Shown here one piece after another: positions 37,000 through 50,418 of a stretch of DNA of 64,000 bases. Where the stretch lies: the NCBI RefSeq assembly GCF_003918875.1, contig NW_025764968.1, forward strand, positions 62,001 to 126,000. The letters run 5' to 3'. Source of the DNA: Haliotis rubra (Eukaryota). Made by a program: the position numbers and the translations under genes. The notes under the pieces are model-generated. The model did not search any database. It had not been told where the DNA came from and saw nothing but the letters and a program-made list of their open reading frames with translations. The stretch's first letter is position 1. Every line of letters begins with the position of its first letter.

Positions 37000-38105
37000 A
37001 CTAGATTACAGAATAAACATCTAATCTATGGCAGACATTTTCTTCAAGCACATCTTGTTGACCTGTTCAACAGCATGCTCAGGTCACAACACTCATCCAT
37101 GCAAAGCAGGAATCATTCTTCCAATCCATAAAGTTGGCATAAACCTAATAGTGACCTGGCTATAGGCCTATGACACTGCATCCAGTTATATACAAACTGT
37201 TGGAGAAGCTACTCTACAACAGACTCACAATAAGTGGATCAAGCAAAACAACATTCCCCTTCTGAGCCAGTAGCAACAAGGTTACCAAAGTGGAATTGGC
37301 TGCAGAACTACGGCATTAAACCTTACAGAGTCCATCCACTACAGCAATGAATTGAGCAGCAAAGTGTATGAAGCATTCAAACACTGTCTGGTACTGTGGA
37401 CTGTTTTAAAGTTACACCAGCTCGGGATCACAGGACTCTCATGGAAGCTTCTATTCAATGCCTATGCAGATCTGTGAAGCTCAGTTGTAGTGAATACAAC
37501 CCAATCAAGATCATTCGCAGTGCAACAAAGGGTATGACAGGGAGGAGTCCCATCTATAACCCTCTATCTCATATTCATAGACAAACTTCTTGGTCAACTC
37601 GAATCTTCAAACTATGGTGTCAGTGTCATGGATCTGAGTCTTGGTAATCCTACCTTAGCCAATGACGTCACCTTGTTAGCCTTATCCCCAAGTGCCCTCC
37701 AGTCAATGCTAGATATTGTCTCTAAATATGCTAGGAAGTGGAGGTATGAACTCAATCCTTCAAAGTGTCATGTTATCGTCTTTGGCCCTAAAGCTGGATC
37801 TTCTACAGTATAATGGCACATCACTGATGAAAATATATCCACAATATCCTCCACACGCCACTTATGGATGCAAGTCAACAATCAACTGAAGAATGATGAC
37901 TCTGTGACTCACTCTTTCAAGAAAGCTAAAGCCTGCTTCCATGCCCTGATGGGAATAGGATTGAAACCCAAAGGAGTCAACCCGTTGATTTCTGCAAGGA
38001 CTGTTCACAATAACATATTGCCATACATGTTGTATGGATGTGAACTCTGGACTCAACTTTCCCGACAAGATATCAGACACCTTTCTTCAACATGGCATTA
38101 CATGG
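37000..38105 (+). mobile_element. Degenerate non-LTR retrotransposon RT fragment (a possible 3' part lies at ~40530-40920)
   Basis: PTLANDVTLLALSPSALQSMLD..WRYELNPSKC, LYGCELW motifs; many frameshifts. Confidence 0.65.
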
Positions 38106-38109
38106 CAAA

Positions 38110-39965
38110 ATCATATATTCATATTGATGAGGAGTTTTTATCCTATACTAAAGATTTCATAGTAAATCATGATGTGCAAGAATCTGTCTGTGAAATCTGT
38201 GATGATGATGGCATAAATAACATTGTGAAAGGGGACATAAGTATTGAAGAGGTGGATTTTGCTCTTGGTAATTTACGGCCTAATAAAAGTCCTGGTCCAG
38301 ATGGCATTCCACCTGAGATGTTTAAGGGTAATAAAATTGTTTTGCAGTCATATTTATGTACTTTGTTTAATGGCGATTTTATGTCAGCTATATTTCCAGA
38401 TCAGTGGTCACTTAGTATTATATTTCCATTGCATAAAAGAGGGAGGATTCACCAAGTAAATAATTATCGTGGTATCTCTGTTATGGATATTTGTGGCAAA
38501 GTTTTTACTATCATTTTGAACAGGGGCTTAAAAGAAGGTTGTTGAGGTGTTAGATCTGTACCCTGAGTGTCAAGATGGATTCCGTAAAGCCTATTCTACA
38601 GTCAATAACATTTTTACACTCCAAAGAGCTATACAGAAATATTTGTCAAAAACAGGAGGTAGATTTTATTGTTTATTTGTTGATTTCCGTAAGGCGTTCG
38701 ATTCAGTTAATAGAGATCTTCTTTGGTTTGTTCTGTTATCTAATAGTGTCCATGGTTCTATGTTCAATATCATTAGAGATATGTATTCAAAGACTAGTGT
38801 TAAGTTAAATAAATTAAACGATTTGGAATATTTTGATTTTTTTGAGTGGGGTTCGACAAGGCTGCATTTTAAGTCCTCTTTTATTTGCGTCTTTTGTTAA
38901 TCAGTTGTATATGGAAATGATTATTGCGGTGACATAATTACTTATGTTTGTTTGCAGATTCTGCCATTAGTCTTCAGGTATTTAGTCTTTAGAAATGGTG
39001 GTAAATTAAGGCAGTATGAATCATGGCATTTGGGTGATCTTTAGTTAAACGTTTCTACATATTTTAACTATTTGGGTTTACTGTTTTCAAATAGACTTTC
39101 ATGGTCTAATGGGTGGTGGGGTAGCCTAGTGGTTAAAGCATTTGCTTATCGTCACACTGAAGACCCGGGCTCGTATTCTCCACATGGGTACTATGTGTGA
39201 AGCCTATTTCTGGTGTCCCCCGCCATGATATTGCAGGAATATTGCTAACAGCAATGTAAAACTGAACTCACTCATGGTCTAAATCGGTTCAAAATTTAGA
39301 AAATAAAGCGAATAGCGCCTTATCCTCAGTGAAGGTTTTTGGTAGGAGACTTACAAACTATTCTGTTCAAAATGTTTGACGTTCAGATAAAGCTGATAAT
39401 TTTGTATGCTTCGGAAATATGGGGTTTTCAGAAATGGCATGTTATTGAACAGTTTCATATTAGGGTTTGTAAGTATGTTGACTTTTCCACATGCCCAAGG
39501 ATAGAAATCCAAACCGGTGCTATATTATGTTGCACAATTTAGACAAAGCTGGTAGGAAACCATGGGTATATTTTGGCTGAAATACTTTGTTCAATTATGG
39601 GGGTTTTTTTGTGTGGGAAGCTCAAGGAACTGGCAACGAGGAACAGTTTTTGAAAGATTTTCATGTCAGTGATTGTCAAAAGCAGCTCATTTTTTCAGAA
39701 ATGCACAAATGTTCATCTCTTGATGTTTATTCCAGTAACAAAAATGTATTTTGCATTGAAACATATTTAACATGATTGAAATCTAAAGATGCGAGGCGTA
39801 GAATAACAATGTTACGAATTTGTGCACTTCCAATATATAAAATACAGGTAGATTTGATGGAGTTTTGAGGCACCAAAGAGTTTGTAATATTTGTAATGAT
39901 AATTTTGTAGAAAATGAATTTCATTTCCTATTTGAATGTAAAATTTATCATGATTTGTGCTGCAA
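38110..39965 (+). mobile_element. Second degenerate LINE ORF2 fragment
   Basis: KSPGPDG, NYRGIS, QDGFRK, VDFRKAFD, GVRQG, LYASEIWG, terminal C..C..ENEFHFLFEC. Confidence 0.8.
39110..39271 (+). mobile_element. tRNA-derived SINE inserted in the LINE
   Basis: A-box TAGCCTAGTGG, degenerate B-box, (ACTC) tail, 11-bp TSD TCATGGTCTAA. Confidence 0.8.
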
Positions 39966-40036
39966 GTATAAATACACCTTTTATTCTGTACTGTACGTAG
40001 GCCTAAAGCTTTATTATGAATAAACTTGCTGATGAT

Positions 40037-40527
40037 CAGAGCTCAAGATAAGATTTAGCTCATGTGGGTACTGTACCCACTGTATTTTTTTGGAGTGGGT
40101 ATTATGAATGTTGAGTGGGTATTTCATTTTCCGTTACCCACTGCTTTCAAATATGTACATATTTCAGTCATTTTACTCACCTAAGTATTATGTGACTTAG
40201 TAAGTTTACTAAGCAGGTATGTTCTGCCTTATGTCATACCTAATCAAAACCAACTTAAATATAATGGAAATGATTTCATAAAAAATCACTCATCCTATAC
40301 TGACAGTACAACACTTGTCCTATACTAACAGTACAACTTGATAGCAATCGATGTCTCTTTCATTAGCAAGCGATTTTTATAAATATATTCCATACGCATT
40401 TGTTTTAAACTTTTTGCGTATCTAACATTTTATATGCGTAGTTGGTACGCAACAATTATTTTTCAATGCGTAATTGGAAATTTTATATGCATATTTTACC
40501 CGGATACGCAGTTTATCTGGGCCTCTG
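40037..40527. mobile_element. Degenerate MITE with CAGAG..CAGATAA termini
   Basis: CAGAGCTCAAGATAAG / TTTATCTGGGCCTCTG, flanked by GATGAT. Confidence 0.5.
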
Positions 40528-41131
40528 GATGATGATGATCAGTATTATACCTTTTGGACAACAGTGACAGATACAGTTCCGGTGGAACTATCAGTGAGCC
40601 TCTACAGCACCGATGACGAAACGCTGCTGCAGTATCTGATGGGAAGGCCTTGTCCTATAAACATAGACTGTGATACTGTTGATGAATTTAGAGACTTATG
40701 CTCAATGTTTGCCATGAACATAATGGCCGTCTACCAGAGAACTTATTGTGCAGGGACGTTAGTTGTCCCTGGAAACGACATTACCAACAGATGAAATCCA
40801 GCAGCCTACTGGCGTCTACTTACAGTCCTCTATTCCATCCATCTAACAATGCTCCCACCTTCAACAATATTGTAACTTATCTGTTCCTAATTTATGTATT
40901 AATAATTCCAAAAGAAGGAAATATAGTAGACTAACAACTAGTCTCTGAAATGAACATATTTTACTGAATAAAGTTCATAGTAAACAAAATATACAATATA
41001 ATGAAAAGGAGCCCTTAGACTTTCTTCATTTTCAGAAACTGAGGAAATCTAGACTTGCCACATTTTCTAGACTTCTGTGGGCTTTCTTGGATATATTTGC
41101 TTCAGGGTCTGTACGACAGACTAGAAATATA

Positions 41132-41171
<40 letters not shown>
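41132..41171. repeat. (GAT)n microsatellite
   Basis: ~13 perfect units; explains the poly-Met ORF start. Confidence 0.95.
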
Positions 41172-41172
<1 letters not shown>

Positions 41173-41221
41173 GTTGTGAAATGAGTAAAAGACCAGGCAA
41201 GATTAGTGAACAATCAATAAA

Positions 41222-42262
41222 TTCCGCCATCATTTTGCCATCCTATCTCGCATTCCGCCATCATTTTACCATACTATCTCAAATTCTGCCATCATTTTAC
41301 CATCCTTTCTCACATCCCACCATCATTTTGCCATCCTATCTCACATTCTGCCATCATTTTACCATCCTATCGCACATTCTGCCATCATTTTGCCATCCTT
41401 TCTCACAACAACCATCATTTTACCATCCTATCTCACATTCCGCCATCATTTTGCCATCTTATCTCACATTCCGCCATCATTTTACCATCCTATCTCACAT
41501 TCTGCCATCATTTTACCATCCTTTCTCACATCCCACCATCATTTTGCCATCCTATCTCACATCACACCATCATTTTACCAGCCTATCTCACATTCTGCCA
41601 TCATTTTACCATCCTATCTCACATCCCACCATCATTTTACCATCCTATCTCATCATTTTATTCTGCCATCATTTTACCTCACTCTCTCATTTTACATCAC
41701 ATTCACCATCATTTTACCACCCTATCTCACATTCCGCCATCATTTTACCATCCTATCTCACATTCCGCCATCATTTTGCCATCCTATCTCACATCCCACC
41801 ATCATTTTGCCATCCTATCTCACATCCCACCATCATTTTACCATCCTATCTCACCATCCCACCATCATTTTACCATCCTATCTCACATTCAGCCATCATT
41901 TTGCCATCCTATCTCACATTCCGCCATCATTTTGCCATCCTATCTCACATTCTGTCATCATTTTACCATCCTATCTCACATCCCATCATTATTTTACCAT
42001 CCTATCTCACATCCCATCATTATTCTACCATCCTACCTCACATCCCATCATTATTTTACCATCCAATCTCACTTCCCACCATCATTTTACCATCCTATCT
42101 CACATTCTGCCATCATTTTACCATCCTATATTACATCCCACCATCATTTTGCCATCCTATCTCATGTCTCACAATCCTTTTATCTCACATCCCACCCTCA
42201 TTCTAGCATCCTATCTCACCATCCAATCATTATTCTACCATCGTATCTCACATTCCACATCA
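41222..42262. repeat. CATC-rich satellite (resumes at 43097-43300)
   Basis: CCATCATTTTACCATCCTATCTCACATTC units. Confidence 0.92.
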
Positions 42263-43096
42263 TTATCCACCGCCTCGCGTTTAGTACGAAGCGGGGGATA
42301 TAGTATTAGGCTCCGTCTGTCCGTACGTCCATCCGTACGTACGAATTGGAATATCTTAAGGTCTGTTTACTAGATTATTTTCATATTAGGTCCCTAGGTT
42401 CATCACAGATCAGAAAGGTCCCAGTCAGGTTTGGTGACCTTGACCTTCATTTCAAGGTCACAAAGGGACTTTAATGTTTTAGTCTTGTCAGCGAGATACC
42501 TCAAGAACCATTCCCTGGATTTTCTTCATATTTGACGCCAAGCTTCAACCAGGGAAGGCGCAGAGCCCAGTTAATTTTGGTGACCTTCACTTACTTGTAA
42601 AGGTCACAGCGACACTTTCAAGATTTCAGTATGTTAACCTGCATGTTACGATGGTCAGCGAGATATCTCAAGAACCATTCACTGAACTTTCTTCATATTT
42701 GACACCATGCTTCATCTAGGGAAAGTGCAAGGTCCAGTCGATTTTGGTGACCTTCACTTAATTTTCAAGGTCACAAAGACAATTTGAAGATTTCAGCATG
42801 TTAACCTGAATTCACTGGATTTTCTTCATAGACTTTCAAGACTTCCCTTCAATGTTTTGCAATAAGCAATTTCTTTAGTACCACTTTTGCATATTTCATT
42901 CACTATGACATGTCAAGGTCAAATTCTGTCTAGAAAATATTTGTGTGTTTGAACAACTAAAGAGCAAGATATCAAGAGAGGTTGACTGGTCATGTTTTTG
43001 TTGACTTTTAACTTTAAATTAAACTTTCATTACTTTTTAAGTTTGATTTGGTAATTTGTGGTTGGGGATTATGTCACCTTAGTGACAATGCTTGTT
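42263..43096 (+). mobile_element. Helentron-associated (HINE) element inserted in the satellite
   Basis: 5' inverted segment plus (GTCC)-type microsatellite; internal ~166-bp repeats with TGACCTT..AAGGTCA palindromes; 3' hairpin TGTCAC..GTGACA and CTTGTT. Confidence 0.7.
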
Positions 43097-43335
43097 CTAC
43101 CCATCCTTATTACTATCACATCAACATTTGACCATCCTATCTCACCATCATTCTACTATCCAGTTTCACTATCCAAGCAGTATCCTACCATCCATCTTTA
43201 TTCTACCATCCAACCTCACCATCCCCTCATCATTCTACTATCCAATCTCACCATCTTATCATTGTTCTACCATCTTATACCGAAATTCCACCATCATGTC
43301 CATTGAAAGCTTTGCTGGCGTTTCCATTGACAGAA

Positions 43336-44012
43336 TGGATTGTGTGGTCAGGCTTTGTGACCAGGTTGATAGTGAGTAATTATACCTCATAGCATCCATC
43401 ACTGGATTGTGTGGTCAGGTTTTGTGACCAGGTTGATAGTAATTATACCTCATAGCATCCATCACTGGATTATTTGGCCAGGCTTTGTGACCAGGTTGAT
43501 AGTGAGTAATTATACCTCACAGTATCCATCACTGGATTGTGTGGTCAGTCTTTGTGACCAGGTTGATAGTAATTATACTTCACAGTATCCATCACTGGAT
43601 TGTCTGGTCAGGTTTTGTGACCAGGTTGATAGTGAGTAATTATACCACACAGCATCCATCACTGGATTGTGTGGTCAGGTTTTGTGACCAGGTTGATAGT
43701 GAGTAATTATACCTCACAGTATCCATCACTGGATTGTGTGGTCAGGTTTTGTGACCAGGTTGATAGTGAGTAATTATACCTCACAGTATCCATCACTGGA
43801 TTGTGTGGTCAGGTTTTGTGACCAGGTTGATAGTGAGTAATTATACCTCACAGTATCCATCACTGGAATGTCTGGTCAGGCTTTGTGACCAGGTTGATAG
43901 TGAGTAATTATACCTCACAGTATCCATCACTAGATTGTGTGGTCAAGTTTTGTGACCAGGTTGATAGTGAGTAATTATACCTCACAGTATCCATCACTGG
44001 ATTGTCTTGTCC
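43336..44012. repeat. 63/67-bp minisatellite, ~10 copies (single copy in several other units)
   Basis: GGATTGTGTGGTCAGGTTTTGTGACCAGGTTGATAGTGAGTAATTATACCTCACAGTATCCATCACT; period 67 (43731 to 43798). Confidence 0.95.
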
Positions 44013-44109
44013 TGACTGACTCAATTAAAGATCACCAGCTTATGGTCTGAATATTGCTTAGTGCTTCATCATGCAGCAGGACTCATCAACAGCTCTTACC
44101 TCTGTTGAC

Positions 44110-44458
44110 CGCCTCCGTGGTGTAGTGGTTAGAGCGTCCGCCCGGAGAGCGGAAGGTCGCGGGTTCGATCCCCGACCGCGTCATACCAAAAGACATTAAA
44201 ATATGGTACTTGTTGGTCCCTGCCTGGCGTTCGGCATTAATGGGTACAACAAGGACTGGTCGGCTCGGAGTCAGTATAATGTGTCTGAGTGGGGTATTCA
44301 TGCTTCACTGCGGCATGGTATCACAGTGGGCTAGCACTATAAAAGCTTCAGTCTGGGCTAGTACAAGCAGCCGCGCATACACTTACACACACATGCACGT
44401 CGTCATATGAGCGAAATATTCTCAAGCACAACGTAAAACCCAATTTCACCTCACCTCA
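44110..44458 (+). mobile_element. tRNA-derived V-domain SINE, young
   Basis: A-box TGGTGTAGTGG, B-box GGTTCGATCC, V-like GTCATACCAAAAGAC..TGGTAC..CCTGCCTGGC, CpG-rich; 16-bp TSD TCTTACCTCTGTTGAC. Confidence 0.85.
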
Positions 44459-45289
44459 TCTTACCTCTGTTGACATGTCCAAGTATTCACCAAACCAACA
44501 GTGATTTGACTGTTTTATGTGTAAGGAGCTTTCAGTGGGCACTGGATGTCTTTACAGTTTTTTGACAGGAGGTGGAATGAAGCCACTTAGCTTTGTAATT
44601 TACCTGAACTTTTACCACATAATGAATCATTGTCATATTAATGAAGAATTTATACACATCAAGATTGTCATGTAATAATTTCCACAATTCTATGTGTGCA
44701 GAACTCTATTGTGAAAGGAGCAAAATACAGGATCAATGAACAATCAATAAATTTAATTTAAACGCAGACATTTAGACTTACAACAGAAAATACATTGGGT
44801 AAAATAACTGACATCAGCAATAAGTAACAGGCACTTCGATTTTTCTAAGTGCACTCAAGACTGTCCAGAATTTGGTCACTACCAAATGTCTTGTAACAGG
44901 CATCTGTCTGTTCTTGTCTTCAGTGTAGTGTATGAAGCTGGCACTGATTTAATGTGTTTCCAGACAGGCATCACAGGTTTGTGATCTCAGGAAAAAATGT
45001 CCTTCAAATCCAGTGATAGTTGAATTGCCATTAGTTGCAAATGTATCTAATTGTAAAATCCACATGTAGAACATCCCTGGATATATCAGTATATTAAGTA
45101 AATATATCAGTAAACATGACCTTACTATACAACATATGAAGATATTCAAACAGTTATTCCATGATAAAAATAAGTGCTAAAGATAAGGATTCAAATAAAA
45201 CTTAATTCTCACTAGAATTATGTTAAACAGTCATGTGCAAGTGCAAACCTAAAGTGTTTACATTTTCAAGTGCAATTATACAACATATA

Positions 45290-46355
45290 CAGTCATCCCT
45301 CTTTGTGATGCCGCGGAATCGGTTATACTGCTGGGTAATTCCATAAAAAATGTTGCCCAGCGATCACACATCTTCACGCCATCGAAAATAGCATATCAAC
45401 GAATCCGCTGTTGAGCTGAGGTTAATCACATTGTTTACTTGGGAAATTCAGTGCGGATTGCAATGAACAGTGTTCATCGTACATAGCCAGGATTTTTCAG
45501 ATGTTCAAAAACATTCAGTGTTTTCTTGAATAATCAGACGAAAAGTGGAACATCGTAATAACTTATAAAACACAACTTTATCATAAAGACAATTGCCATC
45601 AGCCGAGTACTTACGATGCTATCTGTAATGCAAATGCAGCACACCGTGTTATAGCGCGGGTAGACACTGCTGTCCGCAAATTTATGATATCAGAAAACAC
45701 ATGATAAAACACACTTCCTTGATTTCATTATATTTGATGATGTCTAATTTCACATTATTCTCAGCAATCACGAATTGATTACCACCTCATCATCCATGGA
45801 CCCCTAGCACCGCGTTATTGGCTCATTGAAGTCATATTTGACAATTAATTGCCAACATTTTGTTCTGACAATCAAAGTACCTGGAAAGTCAACATTGACT
45901 AGTCAAACTTTTCCACATGTAAAATGTATCCAGCCATGTAACGCAAAGTGCTGAGCCTGTTAATTATTTTGTTAAATATGTTCCTTGAAAACATACATTA
46001 TACTAAATGCGATACCAATATATATTGTCTCTGTTAAAATAACTGTTTAAGATGTAAATTATTTTGATAATGGAATAGAATTTCGTTGATGTTATATTTT
46101 CGGATCATTTCTAACTGAATCACTTATACATTGGACCAAACCATGTGTAGACAGCAGATTGCTACTTCCACCTTAATTGAATAAAAGGTAGCATAACAGT
46201 AACAACAAATAAACTATCATGTCTAGTGATGTTGGATTGCAAGTTTGCTGTACATTAATCTATTTCCATTCACAAAGTGTTTTCACCTCCGATGGTACAA
46301 TATACAATTTGGTACAATTTGACTGGGCAAATAAAATAGCAGTTCTGTTATAATA
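45290..46355. mobile_element. Unit-5-specific insertion, probable DNA-transposon remnant
   Basis: Begins TA|CAGTCATCCCTC; absent from homologous flanks; right end not resolved. Confidence 0.35.
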
Positions 46356-46866
46356 AATCCTGATAAATCCAACTTTATACCTTCATATAACATTGGTATT
46401 ACTTGATATAACAAAAATACTTTCTTACTAGAACAATGTCATTAACTTCATATGAAAACATAGAAATGTCATATAACATGGAAAACTAATTCACCATCAT
46501 CTACAACACAAAATGTTATGTCAGTTCTACCAAAATGCAAGAAAAATCGGTAATGAGTTGAGTTAAAAACACATCCAAACTTCCATCAATTGTTCTTCTG
46601 AGTTGTTGAATAAAATTGTAAACAAATCTTCTAACAGTCAAACTGTCAGAGGTATTTGGGAGATCAACAAACTACATGGCCATTGACAGATAGCTGGGTA
46701 TTCAATTCTCCTGCTCCCTGGATGACATTAGAGGACATCGTTGCCACACACCATCCAGTTCGGCAGCTAGTATGTGGAACATCTCTTGGCATATCAGTGC
46801 ATTAAAATCTCTGCAAAATTAACATCAACAAAATCTCCAAAGAGTTATGCTGCACATAGATGTGAG

Positions 46867-47979
46867 TTAGGCAACAAAAACAACAGTGTTGATGATGGCG
46901 ATGGATAGAAATACCACAAAGAGGATGTTGTCCATCTTCTGAGCATCCAAGTTTTGAAGTCTGCCTTTCATCTTGGACACCTCTGTAGAGTTATCCCCCT
47001 CTGTCTTGTCTGCCACAGTTGAAACTCTCTTGTGATCTCCCTGGAGTTGGTTGTTCCTGATCCTGAGGGTTGTTGTGACAGCCAGGAGTGCCAGGAAGCT
47101 TTGAAGGAGGATACAGATGAGATAGATCATGATCTTTGGAACTCTAGTGGATGTCCTTGGCATGATGTCATAGACAAAGTTGAGGAATACAGCATGTGAC
47201 ACAAAGATGGAAATCAGAAAGGATACTTTCTCTCCGGAATCGGCAGGAAAGATGAAGACAAAAGCATTCATTATGGAGGTCAAGGCCATTGGAATAATGA
47301 TGCTTAACACATAGAAGAGACTTTGTCTCTCAAGGGTTAAGATCACTGATTGGAGAGCAATTTCACTGAAGTTTGCTTCTCCACTTGTCATTTGTATTAA
47401 TGTCCATTCAGACTCCTTCTTTATATATGAGGTGTATTCATTACGGGGTATAGCGTTAACATGCAAGTTGATATAGTCTCGATAGGTATGAAATGTTATT
47501 TCACATTTCTGTTCATCAAAAGGAAACTGAAAGGCATCAGTCACACATATGGTCTTGAACATGTCGGATGTGAATGCGAAAACAATGCCATCATGTTGTA
47601 GACTCATTATGAAAGATCTGGATGAGAGCAGAGACGCGTCACTCACAGCATTTAATAAATTAACTTGCGGTAGCCATACTTGATGAGGCTCAATGTCAAT
47701 GCTACCATTATAAAGTGCCTTGTTCCAGGACAGACTGGGATCAGTCCAGTTAACTGTAATGACTCCAGTGAATGTTAGAAGCTGTTCCACAGAATTGAGG
47801 TCCAATATAGCTCCAAGTATAAAGTAAATAGAAACATTTACTTTCGAATGTCCATGAGGAAATGGTGGCTTCCTGGCTCTTGTGTAGTTGATGGAATCCA
47901 GGATTTCAGTCCATGTCTCTCTCAGCTGTTGGCATGCCACGAGATTTGTGAGAGATATCCAGAAGAGATGGAAAAACAT
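46867..47979 (-). CDS. Cys-loop ligand-gated ion channel subunit, copy 5 (intact, 370 aa)
   Basis: Start at Met21 of the 390-aa ORF (MFFHLFWIS..); all motifs intact; 1113 nt. Confidence 0.92.
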   Translation of the reverse strand: MFFHLFWISLTNLVACQQLRETWTEILDSINYTRARKPPFPHGHSKVNVSIYFILGAILDLNSVEQLLTFTGVITVNWTDPSLSWNKALYNGSIDIEPHQVWLPQVNLLNAVSDASLLSSRSFIMSLQHDGIVFAFTSDMFKTICVTDAFQFPFDEQKCEITFHTYRDYINLHVNAIPRNEYTSYIKKESEWTLIQMTSGEANFSEIALQSVILTLERQSLFYVLSIIIPMALTSIMNAFVFIFPADSGEKVSFLISIFVSHAVFLNFVYDIMPRTSTRVPKIMIYLICILLQSFLALLAVTTTLRIRNNQLQGDHKRVSTVADKTEGDNSTEVSKMKGRLQNLDAQKMDNILFVVFLSIAIINTVVFVA

Positions 47980-48349
47980 TGTCACTGTCAGTTGTGTTGT
48001 GAAACAAACTGTTAGTTTCTGTGAAGGCCAGACTCTCAAATGTAGTGTCGTTGGTAATATGGTAAGAAATATTTTCTGTTATATAATACTACTGTAGGCA
48101 TTCATCCAGTGAAAAACATCCACACCGAACCATGAGGTTGTGTTTCTAATTGCTGTAAATGATTGATTTGTTTAATGTGCAGAATGGTTTAGAATGTTTG
48201 AACAGGCATAATGTGGAAGAATTGTCAACACAGTTCTTAGCTCACCTGTTCCTCTGGCGTGAGTGCCTCTGATAAATGACAAGAAGTCAATCTATAGGTA
48301 CACACATAGGTGCCCAGGAACTTTGATTAACAATGGTACCTCCACAGAA

Positions 48350-48693
48350 AGTTACGTTACAGGAACATTGTGGAACAAAGAAGGATTTCATAGGTTACTT
48401 CACAGGAACATTGTGTTACAAAGAAAGGTTTCATAGGTTACTTCACAGGAACATTGTGTTACAAAGAAAGGTTTCATAGGTTACTTCACAGGTGCATTGT
48501 GGAACAAAAGAAGATTTCACAGATGTTTTCACAGGAACATTGTGGAACAAAGAAAGATTTCATAGGTTACTTCACAGGAACATTGTTGATCAAAGAAAGG
48601 TTTCATAGGTTACTTCACATGAACATTGTGGAACAAAGAAAGATTTCACAGGTTACTTCACAGGAACATTGTGGAACAAAGAAAGATTTCATA
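48350..48693. repeat. 43-bp minisatellite, ~8 copies
   Basis: Same unit as 33385-33895. Confidence 0.92.
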
Positions 48694-50093
48694 GTCTGGC
48701 CAGACTTTATGATTACATTGATAACGTGTCATGAAATTCCATTTCCTTATTCCTGCAGTATCCATCACTGGATTGTCTGGTCCTGACTTACTTAAGGGTA
48801 GTCCATATATGGCTGTAATACTGCTTATTGCAGCATCAAACAAGACTCCAGCTAAGACTGGTCAACAGCTCACTGTGCGTTGACATGCCCAGGTCATCAC
48901 CAAACCAACAGCGATTTGTTTTATGTGTAAGGAGCTTTTAGTGGGCACTGGATGTCATCACAGTTTATTGACAGCATGTGGAATCGAAGCCATATAGCTC
49001 TATTACTGATGTTGTTTACCACATAATGGATCAGGATGTGATTTCACTATTTACATCGCTGGTGAAAAAAATGGCTGGTGCAGGTTATCTTTACTCACAG
49101 TTGCACAAGGTGCAGAGAACAAAAAGTCCTCCAACATCTTAAAGCTGTCATGTGTTTTAATTGAGAAGTGAGCGAATGGAAGTCATACGTTTCACTCCAC
49201 ATGACTTGTTACAAGGAGAAACATTTGTGTACTCATAAATCTGTTACGTAGCAGTGATCATATTTGAGATTTGTAAATAAAGGTAATGCAAACTTGAAAC
49301 ACAATCATTCATCATTTATCATTATGGGATCAGGTTCTGTTGAATGTATCTGAGTACTTGTTATGAAAAGTGCTAAACAAGTATTTATGTTACTCTTTAG
49401 AACCAGTGACATTATTTTTTGCTGCAACCAAATCTGTAAGTCAGGTACTGAATAAAAACGATTTTGCACCCCTGACTGGATCAATGTCATACTGATGGAG
49501 AACTTGAACACATCAAGAGTGTTACTTAGTGAATCCCAAAATCTATGTGTGCAGAACTCTGTTGTGAAATGAGTAATAGACCAGACAGGATCAATCAATA
49601 ATCAATACATTTAATTTACACACACACACATTTACGTTTACAGTGACAACAGAAACTACATTGGGTAAACTGACATCAGCAATAAGTAACAGGCACTGTG
49701 ATTTATCTAAGTGCACTCACGACTGTCCAGAATGTTGTCACTGCCAAATGTCTTGTAACAGGCATCTGTCTATTCTTGTCTCCAGTTAAGTGTAGTTACA
49801 ACAAGTATATTCACAACATCTACTGCCGCACAACAATCCCCTTGTTCATGAAAAGAAAGTTTTTAACACAAGGGAAAACACCTATGAGCGTTAAAGTTTC
49901 AGAAAAAACCAGGTAAGCTTACATTTGGCCTTGCTTGGCTCTGGCATCAAAATCAAAACACTTACAGCTCTCTAACTGTCAAATTATCAAAGAAGTTTGT
50001 AATGTCAGGAAAAGATGTCTTTCATATCCAATGATAGTTAATTTGCTAAAATGTGGTATGCAGTTTTCCTGCCAATAGTTGCAAACAGATCTA

Positions 50094-50418
50094 CAGTAGA
50101 ACACGGATATAACGAACTCCAAGGGACCAAGAAATTTAGTTCGCTACATCCGTTGTTCGTTATTCACATTTGACCGCCATCTTGGATTGTAGAGATGTAG
50201 ACATTCACAGACATTACATATATCATGTTGATAAATATGAAGTTTATATTTATAATAATATTGAAATAATACAACTGCAACTTAAATAAATTTATTTTTT
50301 AATGAAAATGCAAGCTTACATTTATAATGTCCAGATAAACCACGAAAGAAGCAAAAACTGTAGCGATCTTTTTTCCATTTGTGACATGTCATAACATGCC
50401 CGTGCCTTTTCTTCTTTC
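50094..50418 (+). mobile_element. Truncated pogo/Tigger-like end
   Basis: TA|CAGTAGAACACGGATATAACGAA terminus; empty site GATCTAATTG at ~55843. Confidence 0.6.

Noticed and set aside
37868-38545. 225-aa ORF as a host gene
   Set aside because: Chance in-frame fusion of two different decayed LINE fragments at ~38105.
44110-44185. tRNA gene
   Set aside because: A and B boxes are present but continue into a SINE body with a 16-bp TSD; it is a SINE head.
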